IMG/VR virus record: IMGVR_UViG_3300024287_000004
Coordinates: 492-64,491 of that record
Direction: 5' to 3' (one strand)
Origin: a virus
Taxonomy: Duplodnaviria > Heunggongvirae > Uroviricota > Caudoviricetes
Length of the DNA stretch: 64,000 nt
The notes beneath the pieces are model-generated. The model saw nothing but the letters and a program-made list of their open reading frames with translations, searched no databases and was not told the origin of the DNA. The translations under genes were made by a program, and so were the position numbers. Below are positions 1 to 10,528 of this stretch, in pieces. Each line of letters opens with the position of its first letter. The stretch's first letter is position 1.

Positions 1-3000
1 CGTGTTGGGATGCTGGAAAAGCAAACCGTTGCAATCCTTAAGTTTAACCACGCTAGCACAGAAGACCTTGCAATTGCGAAGGAGCGTGCAAAGGTGGCAG
101 ATGAGATTCTCCGTGTGGAAGACGCTCGTAAAAAGCTTGAGCACTCTACGGGTGCCGCAAACTCCCGTGCTGCCGGAATGATGGAAGAGGCTAACGCTGT
201 CGCAATTTACGGCAATACTGCGAGGCAGACAGCCGTAGAAGCAGCGAAGCTGGAAGTCGCTAAACTGCGGTTGAATGGGACAGGTTCGGACGCAATCATT
301 CAAGCTCGTCTTGAATCGGCCGCAATGGAAGACCTAGGACGTTCTTATCTCGAATTGAGCAAACAAGCTGTTGAGCTTGCAAGACGAGAGGATATTGAGC
401 GTGCCGCTGGTGTTGCTGGCGTGATTGGTGCCGAGTCCGCTAAGGTTCAGGCTTACTATGAAACTACACAAAAGGCGCTTGAGTTCGACAAGCAGCGTTC
501 GGAGTCAGCGTATCAAACTGCGTTGGCATCCGGGGACGGCGTAGCCATTGGTAAAGCTTTGCTGGCTCTTGACGTTGTGAGAGACAAAGCCGCAGAAGTG
601 CAGCGAATTCTAAACAAGAATTTTAAGCTTGACTTCAAAGTTGCTGGCCTACGGGACATCTCAAATACGTTTAGCCGCTTGGCAAACGATGCTGCTGCAA
701 TGGGCGAATCATTTGCTCACGTTGCTACGGCACTAGACGGCCTTTCGTCTTCGTTTGCTAAGCTATCTGAAATCCAAGCCAAGCAAGGTATCACGGAAGA
801 GGAACGCCAAGCCCGTACCATCGGCGTTTATGGCGATATGGCTCAAGCCTCTGCTTCATTCTTCCAAGAGAACTCGAAGGGCTACAAAACGCTGATGGGA
901 GTTTCGAAAGTGTTCCACGCTATCGAAATGGCCCAGTCTATCGCACGCATCGGCAAGCTTGCTATTGAAGCCGTTCTTAACCAAGCTAAAGGCGACCCAT
1001 ACACTGCATTTGCCCGCATGGCTGCGATGGCAACGGCTGTAGCAGCACTGGGCTACGCTGTAGGCGGGGGGTTCCATACGGGATCAAGTGGATCGAGTGC
1101 GGCTGACGTTCAAAAGACTCAAGGCACAGGTAGCTCGTTTGGTGACGCTGATAAAAAGTCAGAAACGCTCACAAAGAGCTTGGAACTGCTAAAAGAAAAC
1201 TCAGACCTGATGCTGCCACTGACTCAATCAATGGCCAACTCGTTGACTAACATTGAGTCGTCTGTTGCTGGCGTGACTAACCTAGTACTCCGTTCAGGCG
1301 GTGTCAATAACGGTACGAATCTGGGTATTCAAACAGGCATCCTTGGTCAAGGCCCAAGTGGCATGTTGGGCTCTCTGCTTAGTAACATTGGCTCAAGTTT
1401 GCCTCTCGTTGGCGGGCTGCTAGGCGGGCTGCTAGGCGGCATTGCTAATCTTTGGGGTAAAACTTCAAAAGAAATTACTGACGCAGGCATTGCGATCAAA
1501 GGTACTGTAGCTGACTTGCAAAAGGGTGCCGGATACAACCAGTATGCAAACATTACTACCACTTCGTCAAGCTGGTTCGGCTTGAAGAAAAACACAAGTA
1601 GCAGTGTTCAAACTCAAGGACTAAGTACTGAGCTATCACAGCAGTTCGGGATGATCTTTACTAATCTAGAGGAAACTCTGAAAACCGCTGCTACGGCGCT
1701 TGGTAAGGATGGATCGGCAGTTGCAGCGGCCATTGACAATCTTGTAATTGATACCAAGGTTTCGTTGAAAGATTTGAAAGGTAAAGACCTTACCGACGCC
1801 CTTAACGCAGTGATCGGGAAGGCGATGGATGACGTTGCTCACGCTGCATTCCCACAACTGGACGCTTTTAGGCAGGTTGGAGAGGGCTACGCCCAAACGG
1901 TTATTCGTGTTGCAACTTCTGTTGAAAAAGCTGGCTCGGTATTGGAAGGTCTTGGCATCAAGGCCATCAAGTACACGGATATTACCAACAAGACTGGCGA
2001 TGTCGCTTTCGAAATTGTGAAACAAAGTATCGCGCTGAAAGAGGCTGGCTCAGGAGTTGGTAAGATCGTAGAGTACATGACAGGCTCGGTTGAAGATTTG
2101 ACCAAGGCTTACAAATCGCTTGTCGATATTCGCAGCACAATGCAGCGCTTGGGGCTAGGCTCTGGGCTAAACGCCGACACCGTTAAAGGTGCTGGTGGCC
2201 TAAGCGCTTTGTCAAGTGCTCTAGAAACATTCCAGTCTAAGTACTACAGTGCAGCAGAGCAGGCAGCTATCCAGACTGCTAAAGTTACTGACCAATTCGC
2301 GGCTATCGGGAAATCGCTGCCGGGTTCACGCGAAGAACTGCGTTCATGGATCGAAGCCGCTGCCAAAGTCGGTGACCAAATCCAAGTAGGTAAGTTGCTG
2401 TCGTTGGCGGACGCGTTTGACTCTTTGTTCAACACACTAGGCAAGCCAAGTCCGTTCTCAGATGACGCTGTGGCTAAAGCTAAAAAAGCATACGACGACG
2501 CTGTTGACGCAGCCGAGAATGCTTATAACAGGCTTGAAACAGCAGTGAATAAAGAGAAGGACCGTATCAACAAAGCGAAGGATGCTTTGCAGGACACCGT
2601 GAATAGCCTGAAAACTGTTCTCGACTCTCTTGCTGACGCGATTAAGGCCACAAGCCCGAAAATGTCAGAAGTCGAATCGTTCGAAGACGCGATGGCCGTA
2701 GTTAAGAAGGCTATTTCAGTTGCAAACGGTGGCGGAGACATCTCCAAAGTTTCCGGTTTGGATGACGCGTTTTCTACACTATCTAACCAGAGTGATTCTC
2801 CGTACAGCACGGCATTTGATTTCCAGCGTGCACAAGCTAGAGCTAATGCCGCGTTGAACGAGTTGAACGACTCTGGTAAGCGTCAGCTTACAGAAGCTGA
2901 AAAGCAACTTGACCTGTATCAGCAGCAGCTAGACAAGCTGGATAAAACACTTGAAGTAGCTAAAGCACAACTTGATGCCTTGAAAGGCATTGACAACAGC

Positions 3001-3657
3001 GTTCTTAGCTTGGAAGCAGCGTTGGCTAATTTCGCTAGCGCAATCAGTGCTGGTCAAATTGCTCAGTCTAACTACCAAGCTGTGTTGGCTGGTAACAATG
3101 GTAATGGTGCTTCCGATGCCATCGAAAAGCTGTATAACACCGTCCTCGGTCGTGACAGTGATACTGCGGGTAAGGCGTTCTGGTTGGATAAAATCAATAG
3201 CGGTGTTTCGTTCTCCGACATCACTAAAGCATTTTACAACAGTGATGAGTACAAGGGCTCGCATCACAGCGGGTCTGCTACCGCAACAATGCCTAGTTCG
3301 AGCAGCGGCTTTGGATTGACTAGTGGCGGTCCTATTTCTCTGTCAGCGATGCAGTCTGTCTACAATTCACTGCCGAAGTTCGACGTTGGAACGAACGAAG
3401 TGCCTCACGACATGATGGCTATGGTTCACCAAGGCGAGCGTATCATTCCGGCAGCGGACAACGCAGAACTAATGCGCCGTCTGGATGGAGAGGAAGGGAG
3501 TCAGCCTTCAAACGCGGAAGTTGTTGCTAAGCTTGACGAGCTAATTCAAGTCGTTATGCAAGGCGACGTAGCTAACGTGCAGAAGGCTAACGATATGTTC
3601 AAAATCGTCCGTGACTGGAACTTGACTGGTTTGCCGGGTACTAGAAGCGAGCAGTGA
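1..3657 (+). CDS. Large alpha-helical virion protein, tape-measure-like (C-terminal >=1215 aa; gene continues upstream of window)
   Basis: ORF open to position 1 (codons RVG precede first Met at 10). Long coiled-coil/Ala-rich sequence with Gly-rich segments; DUF4214-like segment near C-terminus (~aa 1035-1085: LYNTVLGRDSDTAGKAFWLDKINSGVSFSDITKAFYNSDEY). Followed by tail genes. Confidence 0.5.
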   Translation, partial: RVGMLEKQTVAILKFNHASTEDLAIAKERAKVADEILRVEDARKKLEHSTGAANSRAAGMMEEANAVAIYGNTARQTAVEAAKLEVAKLRLNGTGSDAIIQARLESAAMEDLGRSYLELSKQAVELARREDIERAAGVAGVIGAESAKVQAYYETTQKALEFDKQRSESAYQTALASGDGVAIGKALLALDVVRDKAAEVQRILNKNFKLDFKVAGLRDISNTFSRLANDAAAMGESFAHVATALDGLSSSFAKLSEIQAKQGITEEERQARTIGVYGDMAQASASFFQENSKGYKTLMGVSKVFHAIEMAQSIARIGKLAIEAVLNQAKGDPYTAFARMAAMATAVAALGYAVGGGFHTGSSGSSAADVQKTQGTGSSFGDADKKSETLTKSLELLKENSDLMLPLTQSMANSLTNIESSVAGVTNLVLRSGGVNNGTNLGIQTGILGQGPSGMLGSLLSNIGSSLPLVGGLLGGLLGGIANLWGKTSKEITDAGIAIKGTVADLQKGAGYNQYANITTTSSSWFGLKKNTSSSVQTQGLSTELSQQFGMIFTNLEETLKTAATALGKDGSAVAAAIDNLVIDTKVSLKDLKGKDLTDALNAVIGKAMDDVAHAAFPQLDAFRQVGEGYAQTVIRVATSVEKAGSVLEGLGIKAIKYTDITNKTGDVAFEIVKQSIALKEAGSGVGKIVEYMTGSVEDLTKAYKSLVDIRSTMQRLGLGSGLNADTVKGAGGLSALSSALETFQSKYYSAAEQAAIQTAKVTDQFAAIGKSLPGSREELRSWIEAAAKVGDQIQVGKLLSLADAFDSLFNTLGKPSPFSDDAVAKAKKAYDDAVDAAENAYNRLETAVNKEKDRINKAKDALQDTVNSLKTVLDSLADAIKATSPKMSEVESFEDAMAVVKKAISVANGGGDISKVSGLDDAFSTLSNQSDSPYSTAFDFQRAQARANAALNELNDSGKRQLTEAEKQLDLYQQQLDKLDKTLEVAKAQLDALKGIDNSVLSLEAALANFASAISAGQIAQSNYQAVLAGNNGNGASDAIEKLYNTVLGRDSDTAGKAFWLDKINSGVSFSDITKAFYNSDEYKGSHHSGSATATMPSSSSGFGLTSGGPISLSAMQSVYNSLPKFDVGTNEVPHDMMAMVHQGERIIPAADNAELMRRLDGEEGSQPSNAEVVAKLDELIQVVMQGDVANVQKANDMFKIVRDWNLTGLPGTRSEQ

Positions 3658-3664
3658 TGTTTCA

Positions 3665-3698
3665 AAGGGCGTTCCGAAAGGTTCGCCCTTTTTTCTTT
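3665..3698 (+). terminator. Rho-independent terminator after large virion gene
   Basis: aaagggcg...cgcccttt stem followed by T-run 3690-3696. Confidence 0.5.
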
Positions 3699-3727
3699 TT
3701 AGCTAACTTTCTAGTGAACTAGCTAGC

Positions 3728-3756
3728 TTGACAGGAAGTAGAAAACATGGTAAAAT
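3728..3756 (+). promoter_or_regulatory. Sigma70-like promoter (TTGACA-17-TAAAAT) preceded by CTAGCTAGC element
   Basis: ttgaca 3728-3733, 17-bp spacer, taaaat 3751-3756; RBS gagaggg before ATG 3805. Confidence 0.6.
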
Positions 3757-3804
3757 CATGCCTATAACGCGCAGCGTTACGGCAACATAAGAGAGGGTAA
3801 CAAA

Positions 3805-5622
3805 ATGAAAATTATTCGCCCGGTGGGTGTTACCCAAGCGGGTAGCATTACACGCAGTACAACTGCAACGTACTGGGATAAAAACGGAACACTGCAAACA
3901 GCACTTGCTAATGCACTTAGGGTAACTTACGATCCAGCTAGCCTATCAAATCCGCCGTATGCCATGATCGAGGCAGCGGGAACAAACGTAGCTTTGTACT
4001 CGTCAGACTTTACGAACGGGGCTTGGGTAAAATCAAACGGTGGGACAGGCACGGCCCCCGCGATCACAGCCGCAGTCGGTACGGCCCCTGATAACTCATT
4101 GACGGCTCAGAGAGTAACCATGAGCATCGGCGGTAGTAGCTTTGCAGACTTTAGCAAGGTGGCTCAATCAGCGACGATGGCTACTGCCTATTCACTATCT
4201 ATCTTCTTAAAATCAAATACAGGGGCAAATCAAAAAATACTCCTTATTGGCACAACAACTACTCAAGTAGTAACGGTTACTACAAGTTGGACGCGTTTCA
4301 GCCTCCCTGACGCAGCTAGCGGCTCTGCTACCCTCGGATTTGGACTCATGGGAGGCTCAGGGAGCGACAGTATTGCAGACATACTCGTTTGGGGTGCTCA
4401 AATCGAGCAGGGATCAGTTTCAAGCCATATCCCGACTACTAATGCGATAGTTACAAGGGCGGCAGATGTAGTGGCTACGAACGGCCTGATTTACTCGAAT
4501 GTGCCGGAAAATGATTACGCAGTGTGGGATGGTACAAAAATTTACGTGACTGGGGATCGTATTCTCGACCTTACAGCACATAAAATTTATGAGTCTGTTA
4601 CAGGCAAGACAGGCCCGGTGACACTCACTATCGCAAGTCCTTGCGTGGTTACCATGAAGGACTCTACGGGAGCGTCCTACGTTCCTGCTGCCGGAACAGC
4701 AGTCAGGTTCACCACTACAGGAGCGTTGCCAACCGGGTTGACTGCCAACACAGTTTATTTTGTAGTGAACCCGTCAGGTACTACCTTTTCTGTGGCAGCT
4801 ACCGTTGGTGGGGCCGCGATTAACACAAGTGGTTCACAGTCAGGAACGCACACGGGTTTTGCCTCGGCCAACTATAACCAAGCAGCACCAAACACTACCT
4901 ACTGGCTCGACGCGGGAAACGATAACCGTTGGAAGATGTTCGACCAGAGCATTACTTCGCAAACCACATTAGCAGGCGAGGTTGTTATTGCGTTTGCCCC
5001 CGGCCAACGCTTGGATTCGATTGTTGGACTTAACTGCGCGGCATCGTCCGCCACAGTGTCATTTACAGACATTGGGACAGGGCAGGTAGTTTATTCCGCT
5101 ATGGTGAATCTCGTCTCTAGTAGCGGTATTCAAGACTTGTATTCATACCTATTCGAGCCGATTACGCAACTCCCCGAGTTTGTAGTAAGCGATGTCCCAC
5201 TAGGCATCTCTACCAACGCTGTCGTTACAGTTCAAGTTAAAACCACGACAGGCAACGCCTCAATCGGGGGTTGCGTTTTCGGTCTAGCAAAAGACATTGG
5301 ATTTACCGAGTGGGGAGCGAAGGTTAGCACGGTTGACTACTCTGTAAAGACGAAGGACGGTTTTGGGAATTACGTAATCACGCCTAGGGCCTTTAGTAAG
5401 AAAGGCGACTTCACGGTTCAAGTACCAACAGGTTCAGTTGATTTTTTGCAAAACATGCTCGCCCAGTTCAGGTCAACGCCGGTCGTTTATATCGGCTCTA
5501 ATAGCGGGGATAGAACCCAGTTCAACTCCACTATTATTTACGGATTTTACAAAGACTTTACGATTGATATCTCATACAGTGCGTTTTCTGTGTGTTCGCT
5601 GTCGGTCGAAGGTCTGACTTAA
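3805..5622 (+). CDS. Tail protein (distal tail/tail tip or fibre), 605 aa
   Basis: Position after TMP-like gene; beta-rich Ser/Thr/Gly-rich sequence; RBS gagaggg. Confidence 0.4.
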   Translation: MKIIRPVGVTQAGSITRSTTATYWDKNGTLQTALANALRVTYDPASLSNPPYAMIEAAGTNVALYSSDFTNGAWVKSNGGTGTAPAITAAVGTAPDNSLTAQRVTMSIGGSSFADFSKVAQSATMATAYSLSIFLKSNTGANQKILLIGTTTTQVVTVTTSWTRFSLPDAASGSATLGFGLMGGSGSDSIADILVWGAQIEQGSVSSHIPTTNAIVTRAADVVATNGLIYSNVPENDYAVWDGTKIYVTGDRILDLTAHKIYESVTGKTGPVTLTIASPCVVTMKDSTGASYVPAAGTAVRFTTTGALPTGLTANTVYFVVNPSGTTFSVAATVGGAAINTSGSQSGTHTGFASANYNQAAPNTTYWLDAGNDNRWKMFDQSITSQTTLAGEVVIAFAPGQRLDSIVGLNCAASSATVSFTDIGTGQVVYSAMVNLVSSSGIQDLYSYLFEPITQLPEFVVSDVPLGISTNAVVTVQVKTTTGNASIGGCVFGLAKDIGFTEWGAKVSTVDYSVKTKDGFGNYVITPRAFSKKGDFTVQVPTGSVDFLQNMLAQFRSTPVVYIGSNSGDRTQFNSTIIYGFYKDFTIDISYSAFSVCSLSVEGLT

Positions 5623-5637
5623 AAGGAAAGAAAAACA

Positions 5638-6495
5638 ATGACAATTAGACTTCTACCTACCCCACCAAAGCGCACGGATGACCCGGTAACGTTTGTTAGT
5701 AGAGCAGACGGGCTGCTGTCCGCGCTTCCGGGGTTCGTTGATGATGCGAACACTTTGGCTGCACAGCTAAACACTGTTGCCGCTGGTGGCGCTTACGCAC
5801 TGCCGTATAAGTTTAGCTCCACTACAACAGACTCAGACCCCGGTAATGGCTGGCTGCGTCTAAGCAGCGCAGTACAAAACACATCTGGAGTTATCCGCTT
5901 GGATTTAACCGGGCTCGATAACATTGACTATACAGCCCTGATTGATACGTTCGACCTTTCAACAAGCGGCATTAAAGGAAGTATCAGGCTTACGAAGGTG
6001 GGTGATGTTGGCAAGTTCATCGTATTCAACGTAGTTTCAAGAGCTACCGTCGCCGGGTACAGAAACATTACAGTGTCTCCTGTTGTATGGAGCAGTGCTA
6101 ACCCGTTCGTGGATGGTGATACTGTTATCCTGCATTTCCAACGAGCAGGCGATTTAGGAGGGGCAGGGAGCTTGAATCGTCGCATGGTGTCGGTTGTCAG
6201 TAATGCAGCCCCGACCCCAGACATCTCAAACACAGATTGCTACGAGATTACGACACTAGCCGCCAATTTGATTGTTGGTGCCCCTGTCGGTGTGCCACAA
6301 AACGGTCAAACTTTGCTATTTAGGATTAAAGACAACGGCGTTTCGCGTACAGTCGCATTTAACCCTATCTACCGAGCATCAATTGAATTGCCGTTTCCCG
6401 CTGTGACGGTAGTAGGGAAGTGGTTGTATTGCGGCTTTATTTTTAATGCGGCAGATACTAGGTGGGACTGCATTGCATCTATTGGTAGTATGTAA
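5638..6495 (+). CDS. Hypothetical tail/structural protein, 285 aa
   Basis: RBS aaggaaag; location in tail module. Confidence 0.4.
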   Translation: MTIRLLPTPPKRTDDPVTFVSRADGLLSALPGFVDDANTLAAQLNTVAAGGAYALPYKFSSTTTDSDPGNGWLRLSSAVQNTSGVIRLDLTGLDNIDYTALIDTFDLSTSGIKGSIRLTKVGDVGKFIVFNVVSRATVAGYRNITVSPVVWSSANPFVDGDTVILHFQRAGDLGGAGSLNRRMVSVVSNAAPTPDISNTDCYEITTLAANLIVGAPVGVPQNGQTLLFRIKDNGVSRTVAFNPIYRASIELPFPAVTVVGKWLYCGFIFNAADTRWDCIASIGSM

Positions 6496-6503
6496 GGAAG
6501 GAT

Positions 6504-7574
6504 ATGGCTACTCTCTACGCTCTACCTTCTCTGGCGACTTGGACTTCTACAACAGGGTGGAGTTCTACATCTGGTGGAGCTTCTGCCGGGAGATCACCTA
6601 CTTCTACCGACGATGTTGTTTTTGATGCCAACTCTGGACCATCCCGTAGTATCAATACTAGCGGCGGGTTTTGCAATAACGTTAGCACTGTGGGCGCAAA
6701 CCCGATGACTTTTACATCCACGGGGGGCTGGCTCCAAATTTTCGGATCATTGGCAGATTTCACAGGCAGTGTAAGCGTTGCAAGCATCAGGCTTAGAAAC
6801 GGGTTGACCGCTTCTTCCACTGGCAGTGCCTCTCTTAAAGGACAAAATGTCTCATTTGGGACGATCTATGTTTCTTGCTCGTTAACTATACTATCTACAC
6901 TTATCGTTACAACAGGTTTAAACTTCGAGGATGTAACGGACACAAGCTCTAACGGTATCCCGTACAATTTTACGACTAACGGGTTTAACATTACAGCACC
7001 AGCCGTTGTTAAATCGAACGTAGGCGGGGGTGTCATGTTTGTGGACAATACCACTATGACGCTTACGGGTCCGAGCTATGTTAGCTCTTTGTTCTCTCCC
7101 GGAGGTAGCACTATAACAGGGGGGTCTTCGCTGACGTTGAAAGCTCAAGTGGCCGCTTTAACGAGCGATGCAACTATTACTGTCCCTGCCAACGCCACAG
7201 TTGAAATTGTTTCGACAGGCACAGGCGGATACTACGTTGTACTATATGCGACTTTTTCAAGTGTTGCGCTTAACAGCTTAACTGTACAAGGCGGTTGTAG
7301 AGTGAAATTCCAACAGGGCTTCACGTTTACAGCAAACAATTTTGCTTTTAATGGGACGTTTTCAAGTCCAATTGTAATTACATCTACCGATGCATCGACA
7401 AGAGCCAGTCTTGTTAAGAGCGGCGGAAGCACGGTGTACGTCGATGTTTGTACGTATTCCTGCCTAAACTTTTCACCGGCCAATACATTTTATGCCCGTG
7501 CTGGAACTGATGCTGGCAATAGCTCGGGGATTACCGTGTATAAAGCCAAGCCAAATATGTTTGCTTATTTTTAA
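6504..7574 (+). CDS. Tail fibre-like protein, Ser/Thr/Gly-rich, 356 aa
   Basis: RBS aaggaagg; low-complexity S/T/G-rich beta-repeat-like sequence typical of fibres. Confidence 0.4.
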   Translation: MATLYALPSLATWTSTTGWSSTSGGASAGRSPTSTDDVVFDANSGPSRSINTSGGFCNNVSTVGANPMTFTSTGGWLQIFGSLADFTGSVSVASIRLRNGLTASSTGSASLKGQNVSFGTIYVSCSLTILSTLIVTTGLNFEDVTDTSSNGIPYNFTTNGFNITAPAVVKSNVGGGVMFVDNTTMTLTGPSYVSSLFSPGGSTITGGSSLTLKAQVAALTSDATITVPANATVEIVSTGTGGYYVVLYATFSSVALNSLTVQGGCRVKFQQGFTFTANNFAFNGTFSSPIVITSTDASTRASLVKSGGSTVYVDVCTYSCLNFSPANTFYARAGTDAGNSSGITVYKAKPNMFAYF

Positions 7575-7583
7575 AGGAGTTGA

Positions 7584-7982
7584 ATGAAAAAGTATTTTAA
7601 AAACGGTGAACCGTTCGACATCAACGTTTTTCAGATTGGGAGTGATGGTACACAATACCCGGTCGGTTGGTTCTTTAGGCAAGAGAACCGGGATGCAATG
7701 GGGGTTGTGGAGTTGGATGATGGCCTGCCGCCTCCAAAAGTGATCCCGTATGAAGTTACTATGCGGCAGGCGCGTCTAGCACTACTTAAAAACGGATTGC
7801 TAGACATGGTGGACGCGGCTATTGAATCCTTGCCAAGCCAGCAAAAAGAAGAAGCTAGAATTGAGTGGGGCTATTCTTCCGCAGTAGTGAGGGACAGGGA
7901 GCTAGTGAGAATGATCGGCGCGGCACTTGGCCTAACTAACGATGAGCTAGATGGCTTGTTTATTTTTGCATCAACGCTGTAA
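7584..7982 (+). CDS. Hypothetical protein, paralog of next gene (possible tail-fibre assembly/chaperone), 132 aa
   Basis: N-terminus NGEPFDINVFQIGSDGTQYPVGWF matches NGQPFNVWIWQVMEDGVQAAPGFF of 8018..8635. Confidence 0.3.
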   Translation: MKKYFKNGEPFDINVFQIGSDGTQYPVGWFFRQENRDAMGVVELDDGLPPPKVIPYEVTMRQARLALLKNGLLDMVDAAIESLPSQQKEEARIEWGYSSAVVRDRELVRMIGAALGLTNDELDGLFIFASTL

Positions 7983-8017
7983 ATAAGAAGTTAAATTAAT
8001 AAGAAAGAGACAAAATA

Positions 8018-8635
8018 ATGTATATTCATAATGGACAGCCGTTTAATGTTTGGATTTGGCAGGTCATGGAGGATGGCGTTCAGGCTGCGCCGGGATTTTT
8101 CCTAGACGAATACTGGGCTGGTGTATACCACATCTACCAAGTACCTGATCCCGTACCTCCGACCATCACAGACCTGCAAGTGGTTGAGTTGGTTGAATTC
8201 CAACTTATTGGCGGAGTGTGGACGCCAATCTGGAATATTCGGGATAAAACCCCCGATGAGTTGGCGTACGAAGCTTGGCAGCTTTCCGTAGCTAAAGACG
8301 CGAAAAACAAGCAAATTAACAAGTGGCGCGAAGAGGCGAACCTAACATCGTTTCCGTTTGCAGGTAAGCAGATTGCTTGTGATTCCCTGTCATACAGGGA
8401 TATTATGAGCATCGCTGTGTACGTGCTTATGTTCGGAGACTTTGAGCCGGGATTTCCCGGTGTTTGGAAAGCTATGGACAACACCTACGTGCCACTGGCA
8501 ACGACTAACGATTTTAAAGCAATGTACGACGCAATGGTGGCGCAGGGGACCGCAAACTTCAACCACTCTCAGGAGTTGAAGGCGCAAGTTGCCGCAGCAA
8601 CAAAGACTAATCAGTTAGATTCAATCGTCTGGTAA
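8018..8635 (+). CDS. Hypothetical protein, paralog of previous (possible tail-fibre assembly/chaperone), 205 aa
   Basis: Shared N-terminal domain with 7584..7982. Confidence 0.3.
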   Translation: MYIHNGQPFNVWIWQVMEDGVQAAPGFFLDEYWAGVYHIYQVPDPVPPTITDLQVVELVEFQLIGGVWTPIWNIRDKTPDELAYEAWQLSVAKDAKNKQINKWREEANLTSFPFAGKQIACDSLSYRDIMSIAVYVLMFGDFEPGFPGVWKAMDNTYVPLATTNDFKAMYDAMVAQGTANFNHSQELKAQVAAATKTNQLDSIVW

Positions 8636-8681
8636 CAAACCTGCCACTAACGGGGCAGTTAACAACAATAAGGAAGCATCA

Positions 8682-9134
8682 ATGGAGCAGATTACCCTGA
8701 TTTTCACCAAGCGGAATTGGAGTCCCGGTTCTCTACTAATCCGCTGGTGCCTTCCCCGCAGTCGTTTTTATAACTCGCAATCATCACATTGCTTGATCGA
8801 AGATGGGGAATACCTCATCGAAGCCAGTATGACTCATGGCGTTCGAAGAGTAAAACGAGAAGAAGCCCTTAAGGGACTAACAGCAGTAAATACCGTGGCG
8901 TATAACGTGCCTAATGCGGAAGCTGGCCTTAAGTGGGCTAGGGAGCAAGTAGGCAAGAAATACGATTTTAAGGGCGCTCTCGGCTTGGCAATTGCACCTG
9001 ACCGTGACTGGATGGAGGATGATGCTTGGTTCTGTTACGAACTAGGCGCAGCTACGTTAGTCGCAGCCGGGAAGGATTGTTTTAGATCAGTAGGCCATAT
9101 TTCAGAATCAACGCTGCTGGCAATTAAGCCATGA
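8682..9134 (+). CDS. Permuted papain-like amidase (YiiX/YaeF, peptidase C92-like), probable cell-wall hydrolase
   Basis: N-terminal SHCLIEDG (cf. SHVGI) and C-terminal WFCYELGAATLVAAG (cf. CSELV catalytic Cys region); sits in lysis cassette. Confidence 0.45.
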   Translation: MEQITLIFTKRNWSPGSLLIRWCLPRSRFYNSQSSHCLIEDGEYLIEASMTHGVRRVKREEALKGLTAVNTVAYNVPNAEAGLKWAREQVGKKYDFKGALGLAIAPDRDWMEDDAWFCYELGAATLVAAGKDCFRSVGHISESTLLAIKP

Positions 9135-9439
9135 CCGATGGCGTATTATTTAGTATGAAGGAACTTATGGAATTAGAAGCTTTGAAGTACGTCCTTGGAC
9201 TCCTTCAATTGGTTGTTACCGGCTGGTGTGTTGTCATGTACAACGACCTCAAATCCTGTAAACAAGACCTAGCAGCACACAGGCTGCACATGGCAGAGAA
9301 CTATACAACCAAGAGCGAATCCACACGCGCTTACGACTCCCTGAGCCGTTCCCTAGAAGCTTTGATGGCTACTGTAAATTCTCGATTTGACAAGATTGAC
9401 AGTAAACTAGATCAGAAGATGGATAAGGGTGGGGACTGA
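9131..9439 (+). CDS. Membrane protein with one N-terminal TM helix and coiled coil (Rz/i-spanin-like candidate)
   Basis: LKYVLGLLQLVVTGWCVVMY hydrophobic segment then coiled coil; ATGA overlap with upstream gene; no embedded o-spanin frame seen. Confidence 0.35.
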   Translation: MTDGVLFSMKELMELEALKYVLGLLQLVVTGWCVVMYNDLKSCKQDLAAHRLHMAENYTTKSESTRAYDSLSRSLEALMATVNSRFDKIDSKLDQKMDKGGD

Positions 9440-9975
9440 TGAAGCTTTGTACAAGTTGTAGCGTGCTACAGCCTGTAGAGAACTTCCCAGTGAATAGGTC
9501 AAGATGTAAGAGCTGTAGGGATAAGGATAACTCTCAAAGAAAGGCGCGATGGTACAAAGAACACAGAGAAGTTAGCTTGCAGCGCGCTAGAAAGTTTAGA
9601 GCCTCCCTGAGCAATGAGCAGAAGCAGCGATACCGCGAGACAGCAAAAGACTGGTGGGCTAGGAATCACTCTCATACCTTGACTTGGAGAGGGGTTTATA
9701 GGGAGCAGCACAGAGGTAGAGTTAACGCGTGGGCAAAGAACTACAGAGCCAAGAAGCGCTTAGCTTTGCCTAGCTGGGCATCACTGGACAAAATAGAGGC
9801 CATATACAGAGAGGCGGCGAGGCTTAGTGAGGGCATTAGCAGCTTTCATGTGGATCACATCGTTCCGCTCCAATCTGATACGGTCTGCGGCCTTCACTGG
9901 GAAGGTAACTTACAAATATTACCGGCAGCGGAGAACATCTCAAAAGGAAACCGCCGTTGGCCTGATATGTGGTAA
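9439..9975 (+). CDS. HNH endonuclease (free-standing, inserted within lysis cassette)
   Basis: N-terminal CxxC..CxxC; HVDHIVPLQSD...GNLQILPAAENISKGNR HNH motif. Confidence 0.8.
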   Translation: MKLCTSCSVLQPVENFPVNRSRCKSCRDKDNSQRKARWYKEHREVSLQRARKFRASLSNEQKQRYRETAKDWWARNHSHTLTWRGVYREQHRGRVNAWAKNYRAKKRLALPSWASLDKIEAIYREAARLSEGISSFHVDHIVPLQSDTVCGLHWEGNLQILPAAENISKGNRRWPDMW

Positions 9976-9977
9976 AT

Positions 9978-10523
9978 ATGGACATTGAAAAGATCATTGA
10001 TGAAGTCATCCAAGCCGAGGGAGGGTACGTTTGTGACCCCTCGGATTCCGGGGGTGCTACCTGCTTTGGCATCACTGAAACGGTAGCACGCGCTAACGGT
10101 TTTTATGGGAACATGAGAGACTTGCCCCTAAGTACTGCGAAAACTATCTACCGAAACAGGTATTACTACGAACCTAAGTTTGACCAAGTTGCTGTTTTAA
10201 CCCCTAAAGTGGCAGCAGAGCTTACTGATATGGGGGTTAATATGGGGGTTAACTTCGCCAAGACTACTTTACAGGAATCACTTAACCTCCTTAACCGGCA
10301 GGGTGAAGACTATAAAGACATCAGCGAGGATGGGTCAATCGGCAAAGAAACGCTAGCAGCACTCGCGTTACTGCTAGCAAAGCGGGGCGAGGATTTGATC
10401 CTTAAAACGCTTATCCTCCTACGCGGGGCTAAATACCTAGCCATTTGCAAGAGTAACCCAACCCAAGAGAAGTTTTTAGTAGGTTGGATTTCTAACCGAG
10501 TACATTTGTATTGCAAGGACTGA
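9978..10523 (+). CDS. Endolysin, glycoside hydrolase family 108 N-domain + peptidoglycan-binding C-domain
   Basis: EGGYVCDPSDSGGATCFGIT matches GH108 signature EGGYxxxPxDxGGxTxxGIT; track ORF begins with GTG at 9969, ATG at 9978 preferred. Confidence 0.8.
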   Translation: MDIEKIIDEVIQAEGGYVCDPSDSGGATCFGITETVARANGFYGNMRDLPLSTAKTIYRNRYYYEPKFDQVAVLTPKVAAELTDMGVNMGVNFAKTTLQESLNLLNRQGEDYKDISEDGSIGKETLAALALLLAKRGEDLILKTLILLRGAKYLAICKSNPTQEKFLVGWISNRVHLYCKD

Positions 10524-10528
10524 GCGAT

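Noticed and set aside
10-12. ATG at position 10 as the true start of the large virion gene
   Set aside because: The frame is open to position 1, so the gene almost certainly starts upstream of the window.
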